A DNA stretch of 64,000 nt from Alphaproteobacteria bacterium (GTDB lineage: Bacteria > Pseudomonadota > Alphaproteobacteria > UBA7887), in the NCBI GenBank assembly GCA_965216755.1, contig CBDCGL010000011.1, positions 4,768,001 through 4,832,000 of the forward strand, read 5' to 3'. The position numbers were made by a program, and so were the translations under genes. The notes below the pieces were generated by a model that was not told the DNA's origin, made no database searches, and saw nothing but the letters and a program-made list of their open reading frames with translations. Shown in pieces: positions 28,627 through 39,318 of the stretch. Position 1 is the first letter of the stretch, and each line of letters begins with the position of its first letter.

Positions 28627-30054
28627 CTACGCGGCTTTGCCGCTGGTGGAGGCGTCTTTCGCGGCGATGACCCGTTCCGCCGGAAATCGAACGGTTACGG
28701 TCGTTCCGGCGCCAACCTCGCTTTGTAGCGCCATGGTGCCGCCATGCAGCTCCACCAGCGCTTTTGTCAATGGCAGTCCCAAGCCGGTTCCCTCATATTT
28801 CTTCGCGCGGCTGCTCTCAAGCTGCTGAAAGGGTTCTAGCGCCTTCTGGATATCGTCGGGTGAAATCCCGATTCCGGTATCCGTGACCGTGAGCACGCAG
28901 TCTTGACCCAAGTGACTGAACATTTTGATGGTGACTTTTCCGCCAGGCTCTGTGAACTTGACCGCGTTTGACACGAGATTCAAAAGAATCTGCTTCAGCC
29001 TGCGGCCGTCGGCGTGTAGTGGGGCAAGGGTGTCACTCAACTCCAGTTTTGTATCGACCTGGCCATTTTCGGCGCGATGCGCAATAAGCGAAAGTGCGAA
29101 TTCGGCGATTTCGAGCAGATCAACCTGTTCTTCATTCATTTCTGTTGCGCCGGCCTCAATCTTCGAGAGATCTAGAATGTCATTGACGAGTTCGAGCAGG
29201 TGGCTTCCGGCCGCGTGAATATGTTTAGCCGCATCGGCGTAGTTCGTGTTTCCGACGGCACCAAACGATTCCGACCTAATCAACCCAGAGAAACCAATTA
29301 TTGCATTGAGAGGCGTGCGCAACTCGTGGCCCATATTGGCAAGGAATCGCGACTTGGTGCGGCTTGTTGCGTCAGCTGCGTCGCGCGCGGCCGCCAACTG
29401 GCTTTCTCTCTCAGAATCAACGGCAAGCATTTCGTTGAATGCGCGTACAACCTCGCCAAGCTCATCATTGCCAGGGTCTTTGACTTGACGGTGCGCACCG
29501 GTCTTGGAATTCTCCCGAATTGCAGTTAGCAACTTGCGGAGCGGGCGAGATATGATGAACTGAAATCCGATCGATGCTGTAAGGACAGCAATGCCAAATG
29601 CGCTCATCATGCCCAACAGCAGAAGATACCCTCTCTGCATCGCGCGTTCGGCGATTTCCAGATCGCTGAACCAAACGTCCAAGTTGGCTTCGCCGTTGCC
29701 GACAACCAGTGCGAGATGATGTGCCGCGGATTGATTAAGGCATCCAAGTGCCGGCGGGAGTTGACCGATGGTCTGTCCGGTCTCTGTAGATCTTAGTTGA
29801 GCGCATACGATTGCGCGTTCAGCCGCGAGTGGTGCGAGAAGATCTTGGGCCAACGAGTGGCCCCGAACGGCTTTGTGCTTGGCGAGAGCAATCGCTGTCC
29901 TCGCGGCCAGGTTGCCGACGCGGGCGGCGAGTGCATCGGTCTCCGCCTGCACGTCTTGTGTCATGACCAGCCACGCTCCCGCGCTTGTTACTCCTAAGAA
30001 TATCGGTAGGAGAACGCAAAGGAACTTGGCGAATAGTCGACGGTGGAAATTCAC
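28627..30054 (-). CDS. Membrane sensor histidine kinase (2TM-HAMP-HisKA-HATPase)
   Basis: DELGEVVRAFNEM HAMP, FLANMGHELRTPLNAIIGF H-box, NLVSNAVKFT, DTGIG, GTGLGL. Confidence 0.92.
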   Translation of the reverse strand: MNFHRRLFAKFLCVLLPIFLGVTSAGAWLVMTQDVQAETDALAARVGNLAARTAIALAKHKAVRGHSLAQDLLAPLAAERAIVCAQLRSTETGQTIGQLPPALGCLNQSAAHHLALVVGNGEANLDVWFSDLEIAERAMQRGYLLLLGMMSAFGIAVLTASIGFQFIISRPLRKLLTAIRENSKTGAHRQVKDPGNDELGEVVRAFNEMLAVDSERESQLAAARDAADATSRTKSRFLANMGHELRTPLNAIIGFSGLIRSESFGAVGNTNYADAAKHIHAAGSHLLELVNDILDLSKIEAGATEMNEEQVDLLEIAEFALSLIAHRAENGQVDTKLELSDTLAPLHADGRRLKQILLNLVSNAVKFTEPGGKVTIKMFSHLGQDCVLTVTDTGIGISPDDIQKALEPFQQLESSRAKKYEGTGLGLPLTKALVELHGGTMALQSEVGAGTTVTVRFPAERVIAAKDASTSGKAA

Positions 30055-30087
30055 GAGCGGCGAGCCACGATAACAATTGGGTTACAA

Positions 30088-30504
30088 CTAGTTGGTGGGC
30101 ACAACCTTTCCGAGCCGCATCAGTCGTTTTAGCTGCTCGCGATCGTCGACGACCGACTGGAAAACGACGTAAGAACTTGCGCGTGGTGCGACATAAAAAT
30201 CCACGTTTACGATGCTACCGTCGTTGTCTTGGAAGTCCGAGCAAAGTACGAAATTATTATCAAAACGTAGAATGGTGGGATGTGCTGCCAATGGATGAAG
30301 TTCACGAACTTCGCCGGTTTGCCAGTCCATCTGTAGATAGACGCCATCGATCAAAAGTCGCTCGATATGCTGTTGCATGACTGCCTGCAATGTCGCTTTC
30401 TCACTTATCGTGAGACGTTCATTGGCCCATGCATCATGTGCGGGCACGAGCCCATGCGCGGCAACAAATATGACAGACCACAAAAAGACCCAATGGCGTT
30501 TCAT
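30088..30504 (-). CDS. Hypothetical secreted protein, probably co-transcribed with the kinase
   Basis: RBS GAGGAGG; signal peptide ending AWA; 33 bp upstream of the kinase. Confidence 0.7.
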   Translation of the reverse strand: MKRHWVFLWSVIFVAAHGLVPAHDAWANERLTISEKATLQAVMQQHIERLLIDGVYLQMDWQTGEVRELHPLAAHPTILRFDNNFVLCSDFQDNDGSIVNVDFYVAPRASSYVVFQSVVDDREQLKRLMRLGKVVPTN

Positions 30505-31212
30505 CAATTCCTCCTCTGGTGACACGACAAAGTTTTCCCTAAATGCCATTAAGATATTCTTAGCAAACAGCTAATTGAGATTGCGTCTTATTGTGCCGAC
30601 GCAGAAGAGGGCTTGCTCATAACCGCTTGTACTAAGTCGTTTAGGATTAATTAATTAGTGTGGTGCGCCCTGCGGGGCGCGGGCGCACGGCTGGCGGCAC
30701 ATGTGACACGGTGGCTGGCGATTCTGGGCTCTCGTGCTTCAAAGATAGCAGTTGGTCGACCGGTCGCGTTTTCGCGATTCAACCTACCAAGACGGCACAT
30801 CAGTGGCGTGGAGCGGGTGTTTATCAATCTATGCGCGAAGGGGAAGGACCAACGGTGGGGCGCTGAGAACGAACCCGCTCGCGCAAAAAACGTTTGTGGA
30901 TCTTGGGCGCGCTTGCGTTTTCATGGGAACTAAAAGCGGTGGGCGTGGATTTGACGCCAAAGGTAGATGTATAAGAACTAAATAGTGGGGCATAATAAAC
31001 GCTGGCTTGGTATTTTAGTTGACGAGTAGGAGGCAACAGGCACCGAACAGATAACATCACCCCTTTGGCGTTGGGCGCCCGTGTCTATTTAGGATCTGCT
31101 CTTTGTGTGGTGGAGTTCGGCGCCGCGGTGAGGTTCCGAACCGTGGCATGAGCATGTGTGAACCGCGCGCGAACCGGGTCGGGAACCTGGTTGTGCCAAC
31201 GGGAGTAAGCTC

Positions 31213-31599
31213 ATGAGAAAATTGTCAAAACTGCTGTTCTGTGCCGTGGCTCTAGCCTTGACGGTCCCGGCTGTCGTCGTTGGGGGTAGGGATGCAGCGG
31301 CTTCCATTGAGATTTGTCGCTCCGAAGCGGATGTAACGCATCTGCTCACGTCCAATGACAGCGGCACAGTTTTGCAACATTACGATCGGACGCAGGCGTT
31401 GGCGCTATCTCGGCATGTCGCATTGCGATCGCTCGAAATCTCGAAGGCCATCGCATATCTTGCGCCGACCGGACGCGCGATCGCACTGGTTTTTTTCGAC
31501 GTTGATGGCTGCATGACGTATAACTCTCACATCGAACTCGATCAGTGGCGCGAAATCGCGGAGAGTCTGGATGTCAACCGCCCTGGTAAGTCTGCGTAG
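31213..31599 (+). CDS. Hypothetical secreted protein
   Basis: RBS GGGAG; signal peptide MRKLSKLLFCAVALAL...; two Cys in the mature part. Confidence 0.6.
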   Translation: MRKLSKLLFCAVALALTVPAVVVGGRDAAASIEICRSEADVTHLLTSNDSGTVLQHYDRTQALALSRHVALRSLEISKAIAYLAPTGRAIALVFFDVDGCMTYNSHIELDQWREIAESLDVNRPGKSA

Positions 31600-31641
31600 A
31601 ATTTCGGGCCGAACCTGTTTGAGCACATTTCTATTGCCTTC

Positions 31642-31947
31642 CTACTCGTCTGGTTCAGTTGCGAACAAGAGCGGGTATCCCGCGTTGCGGCCGGCTTGCG
31701 TGCCGTTATCGGCTTTCGTTTCTGCTACATCTCTGGTGTAGACGGCGACCACACACGAGCCGCGTTGATGCGCCGTGCTCATCACGTTGAGGGCCTGGTC
31801 GTCGGTCATGCGGAAGATTGCCTTCAAAACGGTGACGACAAATTCGCGCGGCGTGTAATCGTCGTTCAAAAGGATCACCTTGTGCAGGCGCGGCCGCTCT
31901 GTTTTCGGACGCACCTTGGTGCGTGGATTCGCATCTGTACTTGTCAT
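31642..31947 (-). CDS. clpS: ATP-dependent Clp protease adaptor ClpS (ClpS2-type)
   Basis: KVILLNDDYTPREFV...AHQRG..VV.VYTRDVAETKA...GYPL. Confidence 0.92.
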   Translation of the reverse strand: MTSTDANPRTKVRPKTERPRLHKVILLNDDYTPREFVVTVLKAIFRMTDDQALNVMSTAHQRGSCVVAVYTRDVAETKADNGTQAGRNAGYPLLFATEPDE

Positions 31948-32188
31948 GTGACGGCGCCTGTGTCGGGTTGATCGGTACGAAAGAAATGCTACGACAACCG
32001 TGCAGCGTGGCGCAATCGTCGGCTGGTCCGCGCAAGATCTGTTGACAAAGCGCTATGTTGGGTTCACGGTTCTATGTGAGGCGTTTGCGGTGTTGGCCAC
32101 TTGCGGTTTGTGTCGCAGTTACGCCCTGGCAGATGGGGTCGTCGCGCATGATCGCGATGTCCTCGCAATGGAAAAGGGGAGGTGAACA

Positions 32189-32248
32189 ATGGCACCACCC
32201 AAAGGTTTCAAGGTCTATCCCGTTTGCAATGTGCTTGGGCTCGGATAG
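32189..32248 (+). CDS. Putative 19-aa small ORF MAPPKGFKVYPVCNVLGLG
   Basis: Strong SD (GGAGGTGA) 3 nt before the ATG; stop lies inside hairpin GGGCTCGG...CCGAGTCC. Confidence 0.3.
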   Translation: MAPPKGFKVYPVCNVLGLG

Positions 32249-32649
32249 CAAGCCGAGTCCCTGTGGCGCGTTCTATCTGAGCCGTAGCCAGACAACCTAA
32301 AATTTGAACGTGGCGCGGTACACTTTGTGTGTACTGGGTCGCGGAAATATAGCGAACCAAAAATGGGGCGCTGTGGCCTAAGTGCCAATGAAACTGAACC
32401 CCGCCGGCATTGTGACTGGCGGGGTTCTCAGTCTGCGATGGCGAGCCAGAAAAAATCCGCCGCGTACGCCTCTCGCAATCCGACGCCGTCGCCAACGGAT
32501 TTGAATGCAAAAATATTGTAGCGCAATTGTATCGGGCGAGAGCTGCGGTCAGTGCGTTGCAACGATCAAAATAGGGGCACGGGAAGTAAACGACACTCGG
32601 ATGACGGTACGAAGAACTTGTGGACTTGGAGTGCCGCAGCATTTTGCAA

Positions 32650-33935
32650 GAGATATGCACGAATCTTGGTGACGGGGGATGATCAGGCGGTGGCGTGGGT
32701 TAGATCATCCTGTTCAACACCGTCGACGAATGTGACGCCTTCGATGACTTTGGGCAATTGGCTTTGTCCATCAAGTTTGCGCCACGATGCCTGCGCCGCG
32801 CGGATCAGCTTGAAGACCATGATCTTGGCGCTGGTGTGTGACCGACAGCCCTTGGCCTTGACGGTGCGATGGCGCACAGTGGCAAACGTGCTTTCAATCG
32901 GGTTCGTGGTCCGGATGTACTTCCGATGTTCGGCCGGGAACTCATAAAACGTCAGCAAGCGCTCGCGATCCTTAGCGAGGCAAGCGACGGCCTTGTCGTA
33001 TTTCGCGCCACATTTGGCAACAAAACGATCGAATGCCTTTTCCGCGTCGGTGCGGCCTTCGGCCATCCAGATTTCCTTGAGATCGGCGCGAGCACCGGAC
33101 TGAACCGCTTTCGGCAGTTTGTTGAGAACATTGACGGTTTTGTGCACCCAACAGCGCTGATGACGGGTGGTGCCAATTCCTCTTCGAGGGCTTTCCAAGA
33201 GCCAAGCGCACCGTCGCCGACCGCGAGCTCCGGTGTCATCGCCAAGCCGCGTCCTTTCAGATCGGCCAGCAACTCGCGCCAGGATTGGCTGCTTTCCCGG
33301 TAGCTCGCTTGGAAGCCAATCAGCTCTATGCGACCCTCGGGTGTTGCACCAATGACAACCAGTATGCATTGCGCTTGCGGCTCCATTCGGGCCTGCAGAT
33401 AGACACCGTCCACCCAGATATAGACATAGTGCCGGGCCGACAGATCATGGCGCTGCCAGCGCTCGAACTCGCCCTGCCATTGGTTCTTGAGCCGCGACAG
33501 CACCGTCGGCGACAAGTTGGGGCCTGCTTACCGAGCAGGGCGGCAAGCGCCTCTTGGAAATTTCCGGTCGAGAGACCGCGCAGATCGAGCACGCGCGGCT
33601 GGCGCACCACCACCGGACCAATCCCAGTTTGAATGCGGCGCTCCGGCAAATGTCCATGGCGCACCAGACGCGGGCGACCATCCGCCGTGGTCAGGTCTTC
33701 GTAGGCAGCCAGAAACGTCGCAACCTCCGCCTCGACCGCATGTACCAAAAGCGTCCGCGCGCCGAGTCGCAAGACTTCCGTCAACGGATCTTCAATTTCA
33801 TCTGGTTGGCTTAACCGAACAACAGTATCTTCGCCGATGGCGTATCACTTCCTTTCGGGAGATGTGGCTGGCTCTTCACCGCCACGATACGCCACCTCCT
33901 TCTACACCGTCGTCACCAACTTTCGCTCATTGCTC
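32650..33935 (-). mobile_element. IS256-family element, decayed
   Basis: IRs GAGATATGCACGAATCTTGGTGACG / GAGCAATGAGCGAAAGTTGGTGACG (rc); transposase split over three frames (VRHGHLPER, YVYIWVDGVY, LAVGDGALG, QRCWVHK, IRTTNPIESTF); no target duplication. Confidence 0.85.
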
Positions 33936-35000
33936 GATCATTCTTGACCTGGATGCCACCGACGACCCGATCCATGGCACCAAGAAGGGCGCTTCTTGCA
34001 CGGTTACTATGACATCTATTGCTATCTGCCGCTGTATATGTTCTGCGGCGATCATTTGTTGGTGGCGAAGCTGAGGCGGTCGAACATTGATGCCAGCGCT
34101 GGTGCGGTGAAAGAAATTGCCCGCATTGTCGAACGTATTCGGGCGCGCTGGCCACGCACACGGATTGTGCTGCGTGCGGATTCCGGCTTCGCGCGCGAGC
34201 ACCTGATGGCCTGGTGTGAACAAAACCGGGTCGACTATGTGTTCGGCCTGGCCCGCAACGTGCGCTTGATCGAGCATATCTCCAATCAGCTCGCCTGGGC
34301 CGAGGACGAGGCCATCCGCAGTCGTCAAGCGGCGCGTCGGTTCGCCGATTTCCCCTCGATAACGTTGGACAGTTGGAGCCGCCGGCGGCGGGTCATCGCC
34401 AAGGCGGAGTGGATGCCGGGGCACGGCGAGCGCGGCGCCAATCCACGCTTCATTGTCACCTCGCTGTCGGCCAAGACCGGTGATGCTCGCAGCCTTTGTG
34501 AACAGCTCTATTGTGCACGCGGTGACATGGAAAACCGGATCAAAGAATGCCAGCTCCATTTGTTTGCCGACCGGACCTCAGCGGCGACCATGAAAGCCAA
34601 CCAGCTCCGCCTTTGGTTTGCATCCATGGCCTTTGTGTTGCTTGCCACATTGCGCCGCATCGGCCTCAAACATACCCGCCTGGCGAAGGCTTCCTGTGCC
34701 AGCATTCGCCTCAAACTTTTGAAGATCGGCGCCCAAGTCCGGGTCAGTGTCCGACGCATCCGCGTCGCTATGGAGTCAGCCTGTTCTTACGCCAGCGAGT
34801 TCACACTTGCCCACATGCGCTTGTGTCGATGATCGCGTAAACCGCCCCCTGATCTCTTCCCGCAACCAGGACACCGCAGCTCTGGTCGAAACCACACCAA
34901 AGGTGCCACGGCCCCGCTGGTCTTCGTCACCTGTGATTGCCCCGACCCAGCTCGTCCTGCCTACTGCGCTCACGATCAACACACTCGTGAGATATTTGGG
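33936..35000 (+). mobile_element. IS1380-family element, copy 1 (5'-truncated at the IS256 junction)
   Basis: IILDLDATDDPIHG, HGYYD.YCYLPL, VLRADSGFAR, YCARGDMENRIKE; right IR TCGTGAGATATTTGGG followed by CTAA. Confidence 0.85.
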
Positions 35001-35053
35001 CTAACAGAGAATCATGAGACCCCGCCCAAGACGAGTAGTTCTTCAGCAACCTG

Positions 35054-35668
35054 CTAGAGGGTTTCAGCGTCCAGATAGGCCCTGATCCGTTCGGCCATGA
35101 CGTCGTCAGGTGTGTCGTGGGGGAATAGGGTTCGAAATCGGCCGTCCGGGCCCATGAGATATGTGATGCTGGCGTGGTCGACCAGATAGTCGTCAGCACC
35201 CTCAACCCAATCCGGGATGACCTTGCGGCGATGCACACGATAGGCGCGGGCGACGGCCTGGATTTCAGCTTCACTGCCCGACAGGCCGACGAATCGCTCA
35301 CCGAAGTGGGCCAGATAGGCGCCTAAAGTGCTGGCGTCATCGCGGCCCGGATCAATGGTGACGAATATTGGCACCACATCTTCGGCCGCCGCACCCAGCC
35401 TGTCCAAGGCCCGCGCCATGACTTCCAAGTTGGTCGGACAGATGTCTGGACAATAGGTGTAACCAAAATAAATCAGCATGAACTGTCCGGCGAAATCCGC
35501 GTCGGTCCTCCGGGCCCCGGTGTGGTCTGTCAGTGTAAACGGGCCACCGAACAGCGCCGCCAAAGGCGGTGCGCCTTCAGCTTGGTTAGACGGGTCGGCC
35601 GCGGCGGACCAGGCTAAAGCCAAAACCGATATGGCGACGCCGAGGCACAGAGCAAGGGGCCTTCCCAC
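35054..35668 (-). CDS. SCO1/SenC family copper chaperone
   Basis: GGPFTLTDHTG, YFGYTYCPDICP (CxxxC), TIDP.RD, YLVDH; GTG start overlaps upstream TAG. Confidence 0.92.
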   Translation of the reverse strand: MGRPLALCLGVAISVLALAWSAAADPSNQAEGAPPLAALFGGPFTLTDHTGARRTDADFAGQFMLIYFGYTYCPDICPTNLEVMARALDRLGAAAEDVVPIFVTIDPGRDDASTLGAYLAHFGERFVGLSGSEAEIQAVARAYRVHRRKVIPDWVEGADDYLVDHASITYLMGPDGRFRTLFPHDTPDDVMAERIRAYLDAETL

Positions 35669-36204
35669 TATTCGTCTGCTGGTTCCAATCCCGGGATGCC
35701 GAAGACGCCGTCCCGCTCTAAGACTTCCGCGACCCTCGCATCGTGGCGGAACCATTGCTTACCCTCTTTTCCCTCATTGGCCTTCGACCATTCCTTGGTG
35801 AAAAAGTTGGCACGGCTCCATTTCCCGTCCGGCGCCAAACGCTTGAACTGCAGCGCAAACATCGGCATGACAGGGTCGTTGATCATCAGGCCGTCGGCAA
35901 CAATTTCCTTGCCGCAGAACGGCACCAGATCGGCGGTGGCACCAGCGAAAATGTCGAAATTCTTCACCACCGGCACCAGGCGGCCGTCGTCGAGCAACAG
36001 CCCGAGCTGACGTTTGCCATTGCCGCAATTGTCGGTGCAGTCGCCGGTCACTTCGCACAGTAAGTCGACCACGGTCCCGGTCATGCGCGTCGCGACTTCG
36101 TGCTCGATACCCCATTCTTCGGCGGCGTCAACGGCCATTGCCAATCCGCTGAGCGCCACGATGCCAACAGCACCTGCGGCAATCCAATCGGCCAGTTTGA
36201 TCAT
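35668..36204 (-). CDS. Hypothetical periplasmic protein with G.VVD..C-x5-C-x3-C motif
   Basis: Signal peptide; TGTVVDLLCEVTGDCTDNCGNGKRQLGLLLDDG; translationally coupled to SCO. Confidence 0.8.
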   Translation of the reverse strand: MIKLADWIAAGAVGIVALSGLAMAVDAAEEWGIEHEVATRMTGTVVDLLCEVTGDCTDNCGNGKRQLGLLLDDGRLVPVVKNFDIFAGATADLVPFCGKEIVADGLMINDPVMPMFALQFKRLAPDGKWSRANFFTKEWSKANEGKEGKQWFRHDARVAEVLERDGVFGIPGLEPADE

Positions 36205-36208
36205 CGCG

Positions 36209-36658
36209 CTACTCCCCGAACGGCTGGATGCCGTAATCTTCGTGGGTCAAGTCGACGATGCCATGATCTTCCGCCACCTGCGCTACGATCAGGTAGTTGA
36301 CGCCGTCGCGAACGTACAGATCGCCATCGACCGTCACCCTGTGGGTTTGAATATCGACGATGGTCGGATTGGCCACGCTGGTGTCGTCCTGGTCCACTTT
36401 CAGCACCATATAGACCTGCCCATCGTCGGCCAAAATGCTGACGGGAATCCCCCCAAGCGCACACCAGACCGCGCATTTGTGGTGGGCCGTGCCTTCGGCA
36501 TACATGATTTCGGTGATATAGCACCAGGTATCGATGATCTCTCCGCTGACCTGAACACGTTCCGCTTCGGACGCGGCCTGTACGGTTCCGACTGGGGCCA
36601 ACAACATGGCCCAAATGGCGCAGACCAGTGCAAGGCCTACCTTGCGCAGTTGATGCAT
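36209..36658 (-). CDS. Hypothetical periplasmic protein with GEIID..C...HHKC-x3-C..GG.P motif
   Basis: RBS GGAAGGA; signal peptide ending VQA; SGEIIDTWCY...HHKCAVWCALGGIPVSILADDG. Confidence 0.8.
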   Translation of the reverse strand: MHQLRKVGLALVCAIWAMLLAPVGTVQAASEAERVQVSGEIIDTWCYITEIMYAEGTAHHKCAVWCALGGIPVSILADDGQVYMVLKVDQDDTSVANPTIVDIQTHRVTVDGDLYVRDGVNYLIVAQVAEDHGIVDLTHEDYGIQPFGE

Positions 36659-36941
36659 CGGTTATCCTTCCCCTTGCGTTTTGGGTCGGGCCCGAATGAC
36701 TCCCGAGGCCTGACCGGCCAAAGAGGCTAGGGAGATTTTGGAACCTCAACAAGTCACGCGTGGTCATATTCGCGTGAGGCAATAGCATCCATCCGTACCA
36801 CGGTCAGAGACACATGACGCGTACGTGCAGTCAGCACGCGCTGGCGAAATTAATGCGTGCTCGGGCGCTGCTCGTACTTCCCAGCCCAGAAACGCAAGCC
36901 GTAGAAGTCGAATTCAAACGATTCGTCGAGATCGCGCGAGA

Positions 36942-37686
36942 GCAATGTGGCAAGCAACACAAAGGCCATGGATGCAAACCAAAGGCGGAGCTGGTTGGCT
37001 TTCATGGTCGCCGCTGAGGTCCGGTCGGCAAACAAATGGAGCTGGCATTCTTTGATCCGGTTTTCCATGTCACCGCGTGCACAATAGAGCTGTTCATAAA
37101 GGCTGCGAGCATCACCGGTCTTGGCCGACAGTGAGGTGACAATGAAGCGTGGATTGGCGCCGCGCTCGCCGTGCCCCGGCATCCACTCCGCCTTGGCGAT
37201 GACCCGCCGCCGGCGGCTCCAACTGTCCAACGTTATCGAGGGGAAATCGGCGAACCGACGCGCCGCTTGACGACTGCGGATGGCCTCGTCCTCGGCCCAG
37301 AACCGGATCGTAGCGAAGCTCGTCGTGATCGATCACATCTTCATAGCCGAGCGCAATACCAAACACCCGTTGCCCAAGCAGCGTTCGGACATCGTGCACA
37401 ACCCGTTCCGCAATACGACTATCTACGAAGCAATCGGCAAACCGATCGACCAGCCCAATCGCTTGATCGGTCGCGCCAAGCAACAGAGAACCGGCATCTG
37501 AGGTGATGGCGCCACCATCGAAGTGCGCGACCACACGGCGTCCATCAACGCGTGTAAAAACCATCGACTTCGGGGTACACTCTGTCGGCATTGGGGCGTT
37601 CCTCTGAGTTGGTTTAAGCCTTTCTTCCAAAAGAACTTTTCCATACTCAGTGCACCCATGCACTCATTTCTCGTGACATATCCGGG
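36942..37686 (-). mobile_element. IS1380-family element, copy 2 (internally deleted, 3'-truncated)
   Basis: Left IR CCCGGATATGTCACGA (rc) at 37686; MPTECTPKS...FDGGAITSDAG; near-identical to copies 1 and 3. Confidence 0.85.
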
Positions 37687-38151
37687 TTAGACAAAACCGC
37701 CAAACAGACGGGCCGATCCCCACCGGCTTTTGACCACTATCTATCGGCAAACAAGGTTTGGCCAGACGACGCCCGAGGTTTGAAACGCGCAGAGATGTTG
37801 GCCAGCGAGCTTCGGTTCAATGCAATCGCACGGTTTGTCCCCAGGCTGCCAAAAACATGTTTACGGCTAATCGGATGAAAAAGCCAAAGCACATGCCCAA
37901 TGCGGCGGCTTCTCCGATGATCGCAGCTCCGTCAGCTCCGGACCGAAAGCCTTGAAATGTCTTTTTGACTTCCAGCGTCCGATCCAGACTTCAATGCTCT
38001 TTGAGGCCGAAGTTTGACCCGATTCAGACATTTCGATAGGCACTTGCTGCGCCAAAGCGCGTGCACCGATGATCTAAGTGGCCGTGCGATCTTGCACCTG
38101 CGTGAAACACTGTACAATTGACGGCCGAGCGAACGAGGGAACCGAACTCCG

Positions 38152-39318
38152 ATGACTGCGATAAAGGCGATCGCCGCAATGCATGACGATCTCGTGACTT
38201 GGCGACGAGATATCCACGCACACCCTGAACTGGGATTCGATGAAACTCGAACCTCGGAATTCGTGGCCGAGAGATTGCAAGCGTTCGGATTGCAAGTGCA
38301 CCACGGGCTCGCGAAAACCGGCATTGTTGCGACGTTACAGGCCGGCACGCGCGATCGAGCGATCGGGCTGCGCGCTGACATGGATGCTCTGCCGATCCAG
38401 GAATCGAACGATTTTGATCACCGCTCGCGCTACGGCGGCAAAATGCATGCCTGCGGTCATGATGGACACACCACGATGCTGCTCGGGGCGGCGCGCTATT
38501 TAGCTGACCACCGATCATTCGACGGTTCCGTCCATTTCATATTTCAACCGGCGGAAGAAGGAATGGGTGGCGCGAAGTTGATGATCGCCGAAGGCCTTTT
38601 CGATCGGTTTCCGATGAAAAATGTTTACGGCATGCACAACAGCCCTGGCATGCCCGTCGGAACATTTGCCATTCGGCCCGGTCCGATGATGGCAGGCGGC
38701 GCATTTTTCGATATCGCGATCGATGGAGTCGGCGCCCATGGCGCGCGCCCGGAGCACAGCGTGGACCCGGTGATTGTCGCAAGCCACATCACAACTGCGC
38801 TGCAAACCATTGTTGCGCGGAACACCAAACCGGTCGATACCGCGGTGGTCAGCGTCACCCAAATTCAAACTGGCGACGCCTACAACGTGATCCCGCAAAC
38901 CGCACACATGAAGGGCACCGTACGCGCGTTCAGTAGAGAGACCATGCAGCTGATCGAAGAGCGAATGCGGGCTATTGCCGAGGGCGTCGGTCGAGGTTTG
39001 GGCGCGAACGTCAGCGTCGACTTCCGGGAAACTTTCGCCCCGGTGATCAACGACCCAACTGAAGCCGAGATTGCCGCGGATGCGGCGGCAGAGCTGGTCG
39101 GTGAGAACAACGTCAACCGCAATCGGTCGCTGATAATGGGTTCAGAAGACTTCAGCTACATGCTCGAAAAGTGCCCCGGCGCCTACATCCGAATCGGCAA
39201 CGGCTCTGGGGAAAGCTCGTGTCACGTGCACAACCCTGCCTACGATTTCAACGATGATATATTGTCGTTGGGCGCGAGCTACTGGGCGCGCTTGGTGGCC
39301 CGAAAACTCGCCGCCTGA
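38152..39318 (+). CDS. M20D amidohydrolase (hippurate-hydrolase-like)
   Basis: WRRDIHAHPELGF, LRADMDALP, MHACGHDGH, FQPAEEG, GMHN, MGSEDF, HNPAYDFND. Confidence 0.93.
   Translation: MTAIKAIAAMHDDLVTWRRDIHAHPELGFDETRTSEFVAERLQAFGLQVHHGLAKTGIVATLQAGTRDRAIGLRADMDALPIQESNDFDHRSRYGGKMHACGHDGHTTMLLGAARYLADHRSFDGSVHFIFQPAEEGMGGAKLMIAEGLFDRFPMKNVYGMHNSPGMPVGTFAIRPGPMMAGGAFFDIAIDGVGAHGARPEHSVDPVIVASHITTALQTIVARNTKPVDTAVVSVTQIQTGDAYNVIPQTAHMKGTVRAFSRETMQLIEERMRAIAEGVGRGLGANVSVDFRETFAPVINDPTEAEIAADAAAELVGENNVNRNRSLIMGSEDFSYMLEKCPGAYIRIGNGSGESSCHVHNPAYDFNDDILSLGASYWARLVARKLAA

Noticed and set aside
30549-30563. CtrA-like TTAA-N7-TTAG site
   Set aside because: One mismatch in an AT-rich stretch; not distinguishable from chance.
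36814-36945. Fragment resembling a TPR/adenylate-cyclase C-terminus (…EIAREQ)
   Set aside because: Too short and fused to the IS1380 copy 2 break; cannot be supported.
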